Shown: positions 12,121 through 24,196, counted from the first letter of the stretch. The stretch is DNA of 64,000 nt from Narcine bancroftii (GCF_036971445.1 NC_091478.1:14322001-14386000), one strand, 5' to 3'. Numbers and translations are program-made. Notes: generated by a model not told the origin, from the sequence alone.

Positions 12121-12324
12121 AAGGGAACTGACAACATTCTATGAACACATTAAAAAGCTATTTCCTGGGCATTTTCTGTCAGGAATGGTCACACCACACG
12201 CTGCTAAATTTTCCATGTTTCTAAAGAAAACTTAGCTTGTTATCTTCTGTACAGGATGTAGTTAATATATTCCTTTTTATAATGATCATTCTGGCTATCA
12301 GTGAAGATTGGTAGGAACTCCATC

Positions 12325-13215
12325 AGTACCTGTGCACCACAGGGCTGTGTTCTTAGCCCCCTGTTCGACTGTGTGGCTTGGTACTACAAGATCTACAAAT
12401 TTGCCGACCATACCACTGTACTGGGTTGGATAAAGGAAGGGGATTCGTCAGAGTAGAGGAAGGAGATTGAAAACTTGGTGCATTTAATGTCACCAAAACT
12501 AAGAAGCTGATTGTTGACTTCAGGAAAGGAAAGCCAGAGGTAGACAATCTAGTGATTGAGAGGGTGAGCCAGTTTAAGTTCTTGGATCTTTTCTGGACCC
12601 AACAAGCCAATGTCAGTGCCTCTACTTCCTCAGGAGTTGCAAAGGTTTGGTATGACACCAGAAACACTGGCAAATTTCTACAGAGGTGTGGTGAAAAGTG
12701 TGGCTGCATCATGGTCTGGTCTGGGAACACCAATACTCCTGAATGTAAAGCCCTCTGAACGTTAGTGGGCACAGCCCAGGTAAACCCTTCCCACTATTGA
12801 GTACATCTACAGGGAACACTGCCATTGGAGAGCAGCAGCAATCATCAAAGACCCTCACCACCCAGCACACACTCTGTTCTCACTGCTGCCATCAGGAAAG
12901 AGGTTTAGGTGCCACAAAACTCACACCCCCAGTTTCAGGAACAGGTGCTACCCCTCTATCATCAGACTCCTCAATGACAAATTCAATCAGGGACTCAGTT
13001 AAGGACTCTAACTTGTGTACATTATTGATTTTTTTTTGGTTCTCTCTGTATTGCACGGTTTGTTTACATTGGTTTTCTATTTATTGTTCTTTGTTTATGT
13101 GTAAAGTTTATTTTTTGCCATGATAATTCTGCCATGACCATAGAAAAAAGGAATCTCAGGGTTGTATGTGATGTCATGTATGTATGCTGACAATAAATGT
13201 GAAATCTGAATCTGA
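12325..13215 (+). mobile_element. Rex1/Babar-like LINE 3' fragment, degenerate
   Basis: Remnant of GAPQGCVLSP, LNVTKTKKLIVDFRK, IERVSQFKFL; 3' tail gacaataaatgtgaaatctgaatctga. Same family as 41745-43620. Confidence 0.75.
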
Positions 13216-13696
13216 AGTGAATAGTATTCATAGATTAATGTTGTTAATCAGTCAATGTAAATAGAATCATTGCATGACAGAACTCATCATAGCCATGTCA
13301 TGACGCCAAGGTAATGGAATGTTAAAGCAATAAATAAAATCTATCAGCTTAATAGCAGGCTTACATTTCAACTTTTAAAATATATGATTTCCCTGTGTTT
13401 TATTTTACCTCCAAGAAGATCATTTTATTTCTCTACAGTGAATTGGTTTCTATACAACTTGCCTGCTTCAAACCTTCCACTCTTTTGGTGGGATTTGTTC
13501 TTCTGTAGAAATAGGATGAATTAATAAATTCATTAAATTGACATCCATGATTCACTTAGGATTAACATTCATGTTTTATGACATAATCCTAACTCCATAG
13601 AATTAGTTGTCTCAGTAAACTGCCTGTAATAATAGCACGTTGTGTATGTTTCAGCGAATAATTGTTTCAAATACCAAATTTTAAAGGCCAAATACT

Positions 13697-14176
13697 ATCA
13701 AATTTCCCATAGATTACTGCTGGAATTCTGCTCTCTGTCCAATTTATGACCAAAAGTCCGGAACTGAATAGTGCTGTTAAAACTTAACGGAACATTTTTT
13801 AGTAGGTTATTGATGAAGAAGTATCTAAAACACATGCAGTTCACTGGCATTAGCTGAATTAGATCATTAGCCTTTAATCTTTCATAACATTATTGCTTTC
13901 TTTTTAAGCAAGACATTAAAACAATCATTGAACTAAAATGATAAAAATTATAAGTGAATGAAACTTCTAGAATGTGTAATGTGTGATTATAGAAATTTAA
14001 GGCTAATGATCTAATTCAGCTAATGCCAGTGAACTGCATGTGTTTTAGATACTTCTTCATCAATAACCTACTAAAAAATGTTCCGTTAAGTTTTAACAGC
14101 ACTATTCAGTTCCGGACTTTTGGTCATAAATTGGACAGAGAGCAGAATTCCAGCAGTAATCTATGGGAAATTTGAT
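13697..14176. repeat. Perfect 178-bp inverted repeat (arms 13697-13874 and 13999-14176; 124-bp spacer)
   Basis: Base-by-base reverse-complement comparison shows no mismatches. Confidence 0.95.
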
Positions 14177-14271
14177 TGTGTAGCATCAAGGCGTCCTGAT
14201 AAAACTGAACAAAAACCCACAAAATACTGGAAATACTCAGCAAGTCAGGCCACATCTCTGGAGAAAGGAAG

Positions 14272-14309
14272 AGAGTTAATGTTTCAGCTTGAAATCTTTC
14301 ATCAGAACT
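14272..14309 (-). ncRNA. Penelope-type minimal hammerhead-ribozyme-like motif in a short non-autonomous repeat
   Basis: Minus strand reads AGUU-CUGAUGA-AAGAUUUCAAGCU-GAAACAUU-AACU: stem I AGUU/AACU, intact core, vestigial stem III. Confidence 0.5.
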
Positions 14310-14389
14310 GGAAAAAAAATTTTAAACAGTTATTGACAAGTTGAAGAAAATGGACAGAAAAAATAATGCTTGTAATAGAATGGAGATAA

Positions 14390-14464
14390 ACCTGATCCAA
14401 GCAAACTAATTTCTCCGCGGGATAAACCCCGGATCCACAGCGGGCGCACGGTGCATTCATTTTA
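14390..14464 (-). other. Exact 75-nt duplicate of NRAP coding exon 1 (4 nt upstream of ATG through the GT donor)
   Basis: Identical to 11712-11786 in the same orientation; the flanks are unrelated. Confidence 0.95.
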
Positions 14465-14639
14465 TCCATGCAATACAATTGCTTCTAGTGCTTTTTTGTT
14501 ACTCAAGGCTGATGTGACTGGAAGAGTGCAAATGAAGGGAGGTGATTGAAGACAGTCCTAAAATTGGGACTGCTCATGGATTGGATCAGTCCAGATTTTC
14601 CAGATTCTCAAGCCATACTTTTAAAATTCAAATTTAAGG

Positions 14640-14735
14640 CATAATAAAGAGAATGAACAGCTAAATTTTGACAGTTTATTCATTAGCCATAATAAAGAGA
14701 ATGAACAGCTAAATTTTGACAGTTTATTCATTAGC
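14640..14735. repeat. Perfect 48-bp tandem duplication
   Basis: cataataaagagaatgaacagctaaattttgacagtttattcattagc twice (14640-14687, 14688-14735). Confidence 0.95.
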
Positions 14736-15297
14736 AAATACAGCATATATACTTCGTTAATCAAAACGAGCAGTTGTAAAGATACTTAAAAAATGTAAAC
14801 ATACTTTTTCCCCCACTAAAAAAACATGTAATACTTGACATTGTTTTAAAATGTACATTGTAAAAGAAAAAGACAGTTCACAAATGAATTTCTTTGTGAT
14901 AAGATTACCTGCATTAAGCATGGTCACTTGTTGCCACTGTGCATCTGTGGTGCAAGGAAACAAAAGTTAAATTTTGTTACATTTTTGAAGTTAGAGATTT
15001 TCAAAAAAAAAGTACAGATTCTCAGGTGGTCAGCATTACTGGACTTCTACTGTAAACAACCTGTTTGAACTGGAAATCTGGAATGAAGAAGATAAAGAAT
15101 GTTGCAAATACTCAGCAAATCAATTACCATCAGTGGAGAGGGAAAACTGAATTAACATTACAGATACATGATTTTCCAACAAAATTGACCAGTTCTGATA
15201 CAAACAAGAAAGTCTGATATTTGAAATTGTTGCATCCCAAAGGCAACAATGTGTTTAGTTTGGGAATGAGGCACAGTTCATCAAGCTTATGATGAGT

Positions 15298-18200
15298 CAA
15301 TCAAAAATTTATGCAAGATATCTTTTTGAAGATTGTAGATACGCAGGGGAATATACTGATAGGAGGGGACTTTAACCTTAATTTGGACTCAAAGATGGAC
15401 AAAACTGGACAAAAAAACTAGCAGAAAGAACAAAGTAACCAAATTTATGGTTAAATCGATGCAGGAAATGCAACTTTTGGATATATGGAGGAGACAACAC
15501 CCAAAGGAGAAGGAATACTCATATTATTCGGGTAGACACAAAACATAGTCAAGGATAGACCTGTTCCTGTTGTCAACCCACATCCATGACAGAGTTAGAA
15601 AAACGGAATATAAAGCTAGATTGTTATCAGATCACTCACCCCTGTTATTAGCAATAGAGCTGGAGGACTTCCCACCAAGAACGTATAGATGAAGATTAAA
15701 CTCCATGCTACTTAAAAGACAGGATTTTAGAGAATTCATTGAGCGACAAATTAAAATGTACTTTGAAATAAATTCGGATGCAATGAACGTTCATCAGAGG
15801 GCAGATAATAAGTTATGTAACTAAGATGAAGAAGGACTACAATCGGGAAATAGAACAGCTGGAAAGGGAAATAGCAAGTACAGAAAAAGAATTAGCAACA
15901 AGGGAAGATACAAAAAAAAGAGATTGGCGAACAAAAAAATAAAATATGAAACACTACAAACGTATAAGATGGAGAAGAACATAATGAAAATAAAGCAGAA
16001 GTATTATGAGCTAGGAGAAAAAAATGCACAAAATACTAGCTTGGCAACTTAAGACAGAACAAACTAAAAGAAGGGTATTGGCATCAAGGAAAAAGGACAA
16101 ACAAATTACATATAACCCAACGGAGATCAATGAAAACTTCAAGCAATTCTATGAGCAATTATATCGAACTGAGAACAAAGGGAAAGAAGACAAAATAGAT
16201 GAGTTTCTAGCTAAAATTGAACTACCTTAATTGCAAGAAGAGGAGCAAAATAAATTAATAAAACCATTTGAAATAGAGGAAATACAGGATATATTAAAAA
16301 AAACTACAACAATAAAACACCAGGAGAGGACGGACTCCCAATAGAATTCTATAAAACATTTAAAGACTTATTAATTCCTCCTCTCCTGGAAGTAATGAAC
16401 CAGATTGAAGAAACAAAACATGCCAGATTCATGTAAAACAGCAATAATTACAGTAATACCAAAGACGGGGAAAGATCCACTAACACCAGCATCGTATAGA
16501 CCAATATCTCTACTTAACACAGATTATAAGATAATAGCTAAACTATTAGCAAACAGATTGGCCGACTGTGTACCAAAAATAGTAAAACTAGATCAAACTG
16601 GATTTATTAAGATGAACAACAGACAATATCTGTAAATTCATTAACTTAATCCATGCAGTACAAGGAAACAAGACACCAACAATGGCATTTGCCTTAGATG
16701 CAGAGAAAGCCTTTGACAGAGTAAAATGGAATTATTTATTCAAAGTACTACAAATGTTCAACCTACCAGAGAAATATATTAATTGAATTAAAGCATTATT
16801 TAAGGGACTATTGGCAAAGGTGACAGTAAATGGGTATATATCAAACCAATTTAAATTAAGCAGGTCAACTAGGCAGGGATGTCCACTATCTCCCTCACTG
16901 TTTGTATTAGCTATAGAACCACTGGAAGAACTGATAAGAACAGAAAGTAAAATAAAAGGGATAAAAATAAAAGAGAAGGAATATAAAATCAGTCTATTGG
17001 CAGATGATGTCATAGTATACTTAACAGAACCAGAAATATCAATAAAAGAATTACATAAGAAATTGAAGGAATATGAAGAGTATCGGGGTACAAGATCAAC
17101 GCAAATAAAAGTGAAGCGATACCAATGAATAATGCGGATTTCACAAAGTTTAAGAAAGAATCACCATTTAGATGGCAAACACAAGTAATCCGATACCTAG
17201 GTATACAACTAGATAATAATCTAGGCCATCTATACAAACTAAATTATCAGCCATTAATGAAGAAAATACAAGACGACTTAGAACATTGGAAAGATTTACC
17301 ACTAACACTGATAGGAAGGTTACATTGCATTAAAATGAATATCTTCCCAAGGATACAATACCTATTCCAATTGTTACCAATTCACCTAACAGAAAAATTC
17401 TTCAAGGAGCTACATAAAATAATAAGGAAATTCTTATTGAAAGGGGGGAAACCGAGGATAGCACTAGATAAATTATCAGAATGGTACAAACAAGGGGGCT
17501 TACAGCTACCAAACTTTAAGAATTATTATAGAGCAGCACAATTAAGATACCTATCAGATTTTTAATCAAACAAGGGAAAAAGCCAGATTGGACCAGATTA
17601 GAGCTAGATAAAATAGGGGAGAAGGTACCTGAACATATACTATATAAGTGGGATGAAAAGCTGGTGCAACATAGGAATTCACCAGTACTGCACCATCTGC
17701 TCAACATTTGGAAGAAGATTCACGTAGAAAGGAATAAAACAAATTATCAACTACCAAAATTAATATTGACGCAAAATCAACCAATCCCATTCACAATAGA
17801 TAACCTTTCCTTTAGAGAATGGGAAAGAAAAGGGATCAAAAGAATAGAAATATGTTTTTCGGGAAATAAATTATTATCTTTTGAACAAATGAAGTGCAAA
17901 TATGGTATAACTCACGGTACAATGTTTGCATACCACCAACTGAAAACCTCCTTGAAGGACAAATTGGGAAGCAGGCTGAGGTTACCAGAAGGAAGCAATC
18001 TTGAATATGTGATTACAGACACAATGATAATTAAAAGATTTATAACAAACATGTACATCAAACTGCAAGAGAAAGAGAACAAGGAAACAAGCTGTAAACC
18101 CAAACAAAAATGGGAACAAGATCTAAACATAAAGAATGAAACATGGGAAAAGCTATGCTCCGGAACTATGAGAAATACAATAAACACGAGGTTACACATG

Positions 18201-18970
18201 ATACAATATAATTGGTTACACAGGCTATACACCACGCCCCAAAAGTTAAATAAATGGGACCCAACAGTATCAGACAGATGTTTTCGTTGTAAGAAGGAAA
18301 TGGGAACAACAGTACATGCAATTTGGGCATGTGAGAAAGTGGAAAAGTTTTGGGAAGATCTAAATCAGGTATTAAATAAAATCACAAAAAGCAACACACC
18401 AAAAAATCCAGAGATCTTTCTTCTAAGTAATACAAGAAGAACTTGGACTCAATTTGGATGGAGCACAAAAAAGATTTATTATGATAGCCTTAGCTGTAGC
18501 AAAAAAATGTATTATGTCAACCTGAAAATTAGAAGATAGCCTGAGAATACAGCAATGGTACATAGAAATGAATAAATGTATTCCATTGGAAAAAATAACA
18601 TACAATTTAAGAAATAACATCACAGTATTTGAACAAATTTGGGAACCGTACATGGAACACAACAGAGAAGTCCTATTGCTGACCTCCACCACCTAAAATG
18701 ACAGAAGCAGAAGAAGACGAAATGAACGGACCCAGCGTGTAAAAGTAGAAGACACAAATTTCTTGTTTATTTTCATTGTGTGATGACATTGTTTAATGGG
18801 TTTAATGTATCATATATGTTGAACATTGAGTGGGTGGGGAGGGGGGTGAAGGAGGGAAGGAAGGGGGAAAAGGGGAGAAAATTACACTGTCTATATTCAA
18901 GAGGGAAATGTTTATGTGTATTTTGGTCAATATGGTTCATAGTGTGAAAAATATTTTTTTTTTTTAAAAA
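15298..18970 (+). mobile_element. L1/Tx1-like LINE, 5'-truncated within the endonuclease; ORF2 disrupted by stops and frameshifts
   Basis: IGGDFN, LSDHSP, YRPISLLNTDYKIIAK, LDAEKAFDRV, TRQGCPLSPSLF, LADDVIVY, YLGI, CFRC...HAIWAC zinc knuckle. 15-bp TSD aagcttatgatgagt at 15283-15297 and 18971-18985. Confidence 0.95.
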
Positions 18971-19012
18971 AAGCTTATGATGAGTGTCAAACTCAGTAGA
19001 AGACCAAACATA

Positions 19013-19418
19013 AGCCCTTTTCACACTTGCATCCCACGAAATCAATCATTCAGTGTCCCGGCATAGGAATGGGGGTTTGGCCTTTCACACTAGACCACAC
19101 CTGAGTGGGACACTAAACGCTTTCAGACTTGCAAGGGTCTTTCCCTGGTGTTTGGTCTGTTCTACTTCTATTCGGAAGTGCCTGCATGACACGGCACACT
19201 AAAGAGAGAAGTGATTGCCTGTTTCACACTTGCCTGATCTCAACGCCAGCATCTGCAGATGCCGGGGATTGTACTAAGGTTGGAGGCCATCAATCCCCGG
19301 TGTGAGATGATGTCATCTGTGGTGTATCTGCGTTAAGCAGATTTTGCTTTCACACTTGCCACTTTAAAGGTCGATTGGCGTTTGACTCCTGGGATCACTT
19401 GCAAGTGTGAAAGGGGCT
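19013..19418. mobile_element. Non-autonomous DNA transposon (MITE), PIF/Harbinger-like
   Basis: TIRs agcccttttcacacttgca / tgcaagtgtgaaaggggct (1 mismatch); 3-bp TSD ATA; internal tttcacact repeats. Confidence 0.75.
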
Positions 19419-19499
19419 ATAGAGAGTTCTGAGTGGGAGTCAAAATTTGAGTGAATAAAATAACAACTCAGAATCAACCCTAAGTACTAAGTGTTCAGC

Positions 19500-19800
19500 T
19501 AACTGGTTCTCAACCTTTTTCTTTCCACTTACATAATCCCTGTGCCATCGGTGCTCGGTGTTTAGTAAGGAATTGCTTAAGGTGCTATGTGGGTGGAAAG
19601 AAAAAGGTTGAAAGCCACTTTTAATCATACCTAATTAATTCGTTATGTGCACAGTTTCACAACTCCAAAGGAAATGACAATTTTTACAAAGCAAAATATT
19701 TCAGTAACAATTGGGTCTACAGCAGTGATTCTCAACCTTTTTCTTTCCACCCACATACCACCTTAAGCAAAATCCCTTACTAATCACAGAGCACTGATGT
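19500..19800. mobile_element. hAT-like MITE (CAGTGGTTCTCAACC-type ends), composite
   Basis: ggttctcaaccttttcttt...aaaaaggttgaaagccact, spacer, cagtgattctcaacctttt. A second copy is at 41130-41480. Confidence 0.6.
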
Positions 19801-21099
19801 GAGCTAAATAGTAACCCAATCTGCATTTGTTTTCTCAGATTTCAAGGAAGTCACATTGTGAACTAGTAGAGACTTTCAATATTGTACAAGTCATATTTCA
19901 CAGAGGAAATAATGGCTGTAGTTGTTGGTCAATCACGCCAGTCCCAGGATGCTGCTACAGGAATTCATCAGTGGAGATCTATAACCAGCTGTCTGCTCCT
20001 GGCTGAAGATCAGACAAGAGGGACACATGTTGATGATTGCATAATGTTCTTTACCAAAATAAATGTATCTAAAAAAAATTCATTCTTGCATGCAGTAAGA
20101 TTTGTACAATATTTAGACATGGGCTGATAAGAAGGAAGTAAAGTCACACTAGTTCCAGTCAATGACATCTACAACAAGAAAAATGTCATCCCCTTTTTGA
20201 AACTTTGAAAATGTATGGGGGCTGCAGGTTAATTGGGTGTATCTGGGCAGCATGGGGTTATGATCTAGAAAGCCCTCTTACTATCCTGTACATCTAAATT
20301 ACATTAAAAATTATATCTAGCAATATCGTTGTAAAATCTGCCATATTAAATATGCTGGAGATTACCATAGTCCAGACACTTATCTGGATCAGTCCCATTA
20401 AGGCAGATCAGAAACTGGGTACCTGTCATTGTATGGTCTGCTACCCATCTTTAGCAAGCAATTCTATTGCATGCTCGGAACGTTCTCCACTTACCTGCAT
20501 GCAATTTCCAAAATGTTCTATCACAAAAGTACCATGGCTACACTATTGACCTGATGCCTTGACAACTGATTAAGGCTCTTTCAGTAGGGGCATCGCAACT
20601 TTGTGACTCACATTCAGAGAGAAAAAAAAGCAGCGAACTTTCCTGCCTTCCAAGATAAACAAGATTAACCACACAGGTTACTTTAAAAGTATTTCCCAAA
20701 CTTGGAAGCACGGAAGAATTTTCATTATTTTTTTGAAGCTCAAGAAATTGGTCACCCCAGAGGAGTAATGGATAGTTTGGAAACATGCCTTGGGGTTTTT
20801 ATTTCCCAGAGACACGAGGGTTTGAGAAGCCCCTCCTGCTGAGTGAAAAATGCTAGAGAAGCTCAGCAAGTTACGCCCTTCCTCATAGAGTCTAACCGGA
20901 ACGCTCAGCAAAGTACAGGTCTGATCTATCTGTGCATTGGATCAGAGCAAACAATTAATAACTTTTATTTTTTTTAAAAGAGTGTTTTTCTGCACACGAA
21001 CCTTGACAATCAATAATCAACGAGTTATTCCGCAATAATGCATTGCCTGTCAATTGTTTAATAAGAAAAACTGAGTCGTTAGTAGCTAATTCAGCCCAG

Positions 21100-21900
21100 A
21101 TCTATCGATCTGCCTTTATCCAATCATATTGATCGGAGCTGACTGTGTTCAGAGCGGATGTGGGGAGTTTGTCTTGAGTTCAGCTTTAAACTTGTGTGAT
21201 CCCCTGCAACCATCCCCTCGCAGAAAAGAGTTGCGGTGTGAGTGAGCAATTCCTCTGCAATGATGCTGTGTCTTACCCCCACTGGTGAGTGTTTGTTTGA
21301 ATGCAGTCCACACTGAGGTTCGAGCTTCCGCGTTGGGTCATGCGCCCTTTCAAGGGGTGGCAGGTGTACGATGCCCCCAGGACCTGTCCGCTCCAACGGG
21401 GACCGGCCCACGCAGAGTGTGCAAGGAATCTTCCGGCCGCGTTCAATCTTCCACGTCGGAAACTCTCCGCTGGCTCAAAAGTTGGCCCTCGCGAGGACTT
21501 TACACGGACGTTCACGAAGGGGGTGGCAGATTGTGTTCGACACAATCCTGACCTGACAACGTGAGCCCGATCCGGCTCGACTCCGTTTAGAGTTGGGTGG
21601 GCTCTTTATTTGTGCAGGACGTGTCCCTACAGTATTACCTGCTAAATATGATTGCTACAATAATATTTGGGGTGCATCGTTAAATGGTAGTTATAATAGC
21701 CCGCTCTGATCAAGGGGCACGATTTTCCAGGCTCACTGGCCCGCGGAAGTGTCAGAACGACCAGAAATGTCACGGTGTTCGATCCAAACGTGGTGGAGCT
21801 CGGAGAAATGCTGAGGAGGTGTATGTCTGGCAATCTCAGTAGTGAGAGGAGCGGCAATGCTGCCCCACCTACGGTTCTTCAATATTTTCTGGTCCACGCT
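21100..21900 (+). promoter_or_regulatory. CpG-rich promoter / first-exon region of the TGOLN2/KCT2-like gene
   Basis: CpG density is clearly above the AT-rich background; ETS/GABP-type CGGAAGTG near 21744; contains the first coding exon. Confidence 0.55.
21260..21284 (+). CDS. TGOLN2/KCT2-family membrane protein, putative coding exon 1 (signal peptide start)
   Basis: ATG ATG CTG TGT CTT ACC CCC ACT G|gtgagt: strong phase-1 donor matching the phase-1 acceptor at 22108, giving MMLCLTPTVAFCMNILAILNRQTSCS. Confidence 0.6.
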
Positions 21901-22107
21901 TGCCCCTTATTCTGCGCTGCTCAGGTTGTTTTTTTTTAAAATCTGTTTTCATTGCTGCCCTTCTAAGCCATGAAGTGTTTTGACTTTTCCTGGCGTCACT
22001 CGCAAATTTAGATTTTGTGGGACTTCTGACCAGCTACAAATTTGTATTGTTGAGATTAACCTTTAAACAGTAAATTGTTAATGAATAACCAATGTTTCTA
22101 TCTGCAG

Positions 22108-22628
22108 TTGCTTTCTGCATGAACATCCTTGCGATTTTAAATCGACAAACATCCTGTTCTGAACAAAATAACACAACCAACTTATCTTCCACTGTAACTT
22201 CCTCTCCACGTGGGTCTGCTTCCCTTTTCGGTCAAAAAGAGTGGCTAGTTTTAACCATTCCCTTGCAAAATGGATATAAAGAGTCTACAATCACAGAGAC
22301 GTCATTTAAAGTTACCCAGTCAAATGTGTCCAATTCACAATCTACACTTGAAGAAAAGAAAGGCACAACCAAGCCAACCATGGTCAAAGAGGAAGCGAAT
22401 GTTACCCAGACAAATGGAGAACTAGCCTCTCCATCCACTGTAAGCAAAGGGGGTGGAGAGTCAACAACTGTTGTCCAACCAAGTGCACTTGGCAGTAGCA
22501 CAACGGCTCAAGCATTCTTGCAATCTGGCATCAAGATAGCTGCTGAAGATGGTCATTTTATAATTTATGTAATAGTTGGATCATTGCTTTTATCACTGAT
22601 GTATATTGTGTACCACAACAAAAATAAG
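22108..22628 (+). CDS. TGOLN2/KCT2-family membrane protein, exon 2 (Ser/Thr-rich lumenal domain and TM helix)
   Basis: tctgcag acceptor; mucin-like S/T-rich region with N-glycosylation sequons (NNT, NTT, NLS, NVS, NVT); EDGHFIIYVIVGSLLLSLMYIVYHNKNK|gtaact, like the (E/D)SHFF...YIxxHNKRK of TGOLN2 and C5orf15. Confidence 0.88.
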
Positions 22629-24079
22629 GTAACTAATTTATTTAACAACTTTCTTGGTTTAATGTGCAAGAAGTTCTAAAGTGAGCAGGTACCGAAAGGT
22701 CTCACACTTGTTTTCCATGTAATATTTAAATGTGGTGGAGCATATTTCCAGTCTCAATTAGAGGAGTATCTGGAATGAAACATAGAAATTGAGAGTGGGC
22801 TGCCTTCCGTCAGAGAATTTCACATCTTTGTGTGAAGAACAAACCAGAAAACCATAGGAATCGGCCCTTTAGCCCATGATGCCCTATATGAAGATCTGCT
22901 TTCACGTGTTATACATCCTTCTATTGTCAATTGGTATCTATCCAGAAGCTTCTTAAGCCTACCATTATCTACTTCCATTACTACCTAGCCTCCTCTAGAT
23001 TCTGATTCACCATCCTATTTATCGTTGCTCACATTGTATACATCTGTAGTGTCTTCCCTCAGCCTCCAATGCTCCAGAGCTACCTAATCTGGAATTTTAA
23101 AAAATCACATGGTTGTTGCTTCTGAAGGGGCCCCAGTGCAACAGATCAATTCTTAATTTTTTTTTTACATCGTACTTGGCTAGAGAGCAGGCCTTTCTAA
23201 ACTTCACACTGATTGGGGAAACAATCAGAATTATTGCTACAATAATTTGGTTAACTAATTTGTGTTTAAGATCACCTATGATTATAGTTTGCCTATTTCA
23301 TGCCATCTCAACATGTTTTGGGGTCTACTATAATAATATGTCCCATTATATATGGGTGAAGTCTAAATTCTGCAAACTGAGCTAAGATTCTTCACTTTTG
23401 TCAAACTTTGCTTTAACCACCAATGACATATGACTGGATTTATTTTTCTCCTTGTTCTTTACATGGATGTTAAGTTGGCTTGCTTGCTTCCTCAGTTCAC
23501 ATGTCTCTATCATCCCAATGTTTTCATCAATTTTCCTGATTAATTCAGCTATTATTAAAGCTCTGGGCATTTGGGTACCACCTATGTGGCATTTACTGGC
23601 ACTGCTAATGTAACTGTTTCTTTCCCTTTCTGTCTCCCTGCTTGTATTCCCATCCCTCCACTATCATTTAAACACTTCTCAAAATTTCTCGAAACATCCA
23701 TGGGACATTTGTTTCAGCCTGAGTTTTTTTTTTGGCTGTCCAAGTTCTGAACTTGTCAGTCCTTCCACCACTCTGTAAATTAAAAACGTAACATTTTGAG
23801 TCTGTTTCCTTTACCAAAGATGTGTCTGACTTGAAATAGTTCAGTAATTTTATTGGCTATCATTTTTCAGCTGACTTTAGGAGGATATAATTTTAATGTA
23901 GCTTTGCATCATTTGGTAATTAAGCATCTTGCTGATATAGTTTATAAATCAGTATTTGTTGAGTTCTTACCTTGGAATGTTCAGAACCAGTTTTGTTCGA
24001 CAGGTCTGTTTTACACAATGAAATTTAAATTTTCCAAAACCTTTTTAATTTGCTTCACTTCAAATTATTTCTTTGTCAG

Positions 24080-24196
24080 AAATTTGGAAGTAGAAGAACC
24101 AGTTGGCCGAATACTTGTGAATATCAACGGCTTGATCAGAACTTGAGTGAAGTCATCACCAGTCTAAAAAAGAAAACCAACATTAAACTACTCTGA
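24080..24196 (+). CDS. TGOLN2/KCT2-family membrane protein, exon 3 (cytoplasmic tail with YQRL motif)
   Basis: tcag|KFGSRRTSWPNTCEYQRLDQNLSEVITSLKKKTNIKLL*; AATAAA signals near 24749 and 24969 in a ~1-kb unique 3' UTR. Confidence 0.85.
   Translation, partial: KFGSRRTSWPNTCEYQRLDQNLSEVITSLKKKTNIKLL

Noticed and set aside
22092-22679. Single-exon 195-aa ORF as listed in the ORF track
   Set aside because: It reads through a good acceptor (22107) and donor (22629); the family-defining YQRL tail is in the 24080 exon. Use of ATG 22092 in an unspliced 5' form cannot be fully excluded.
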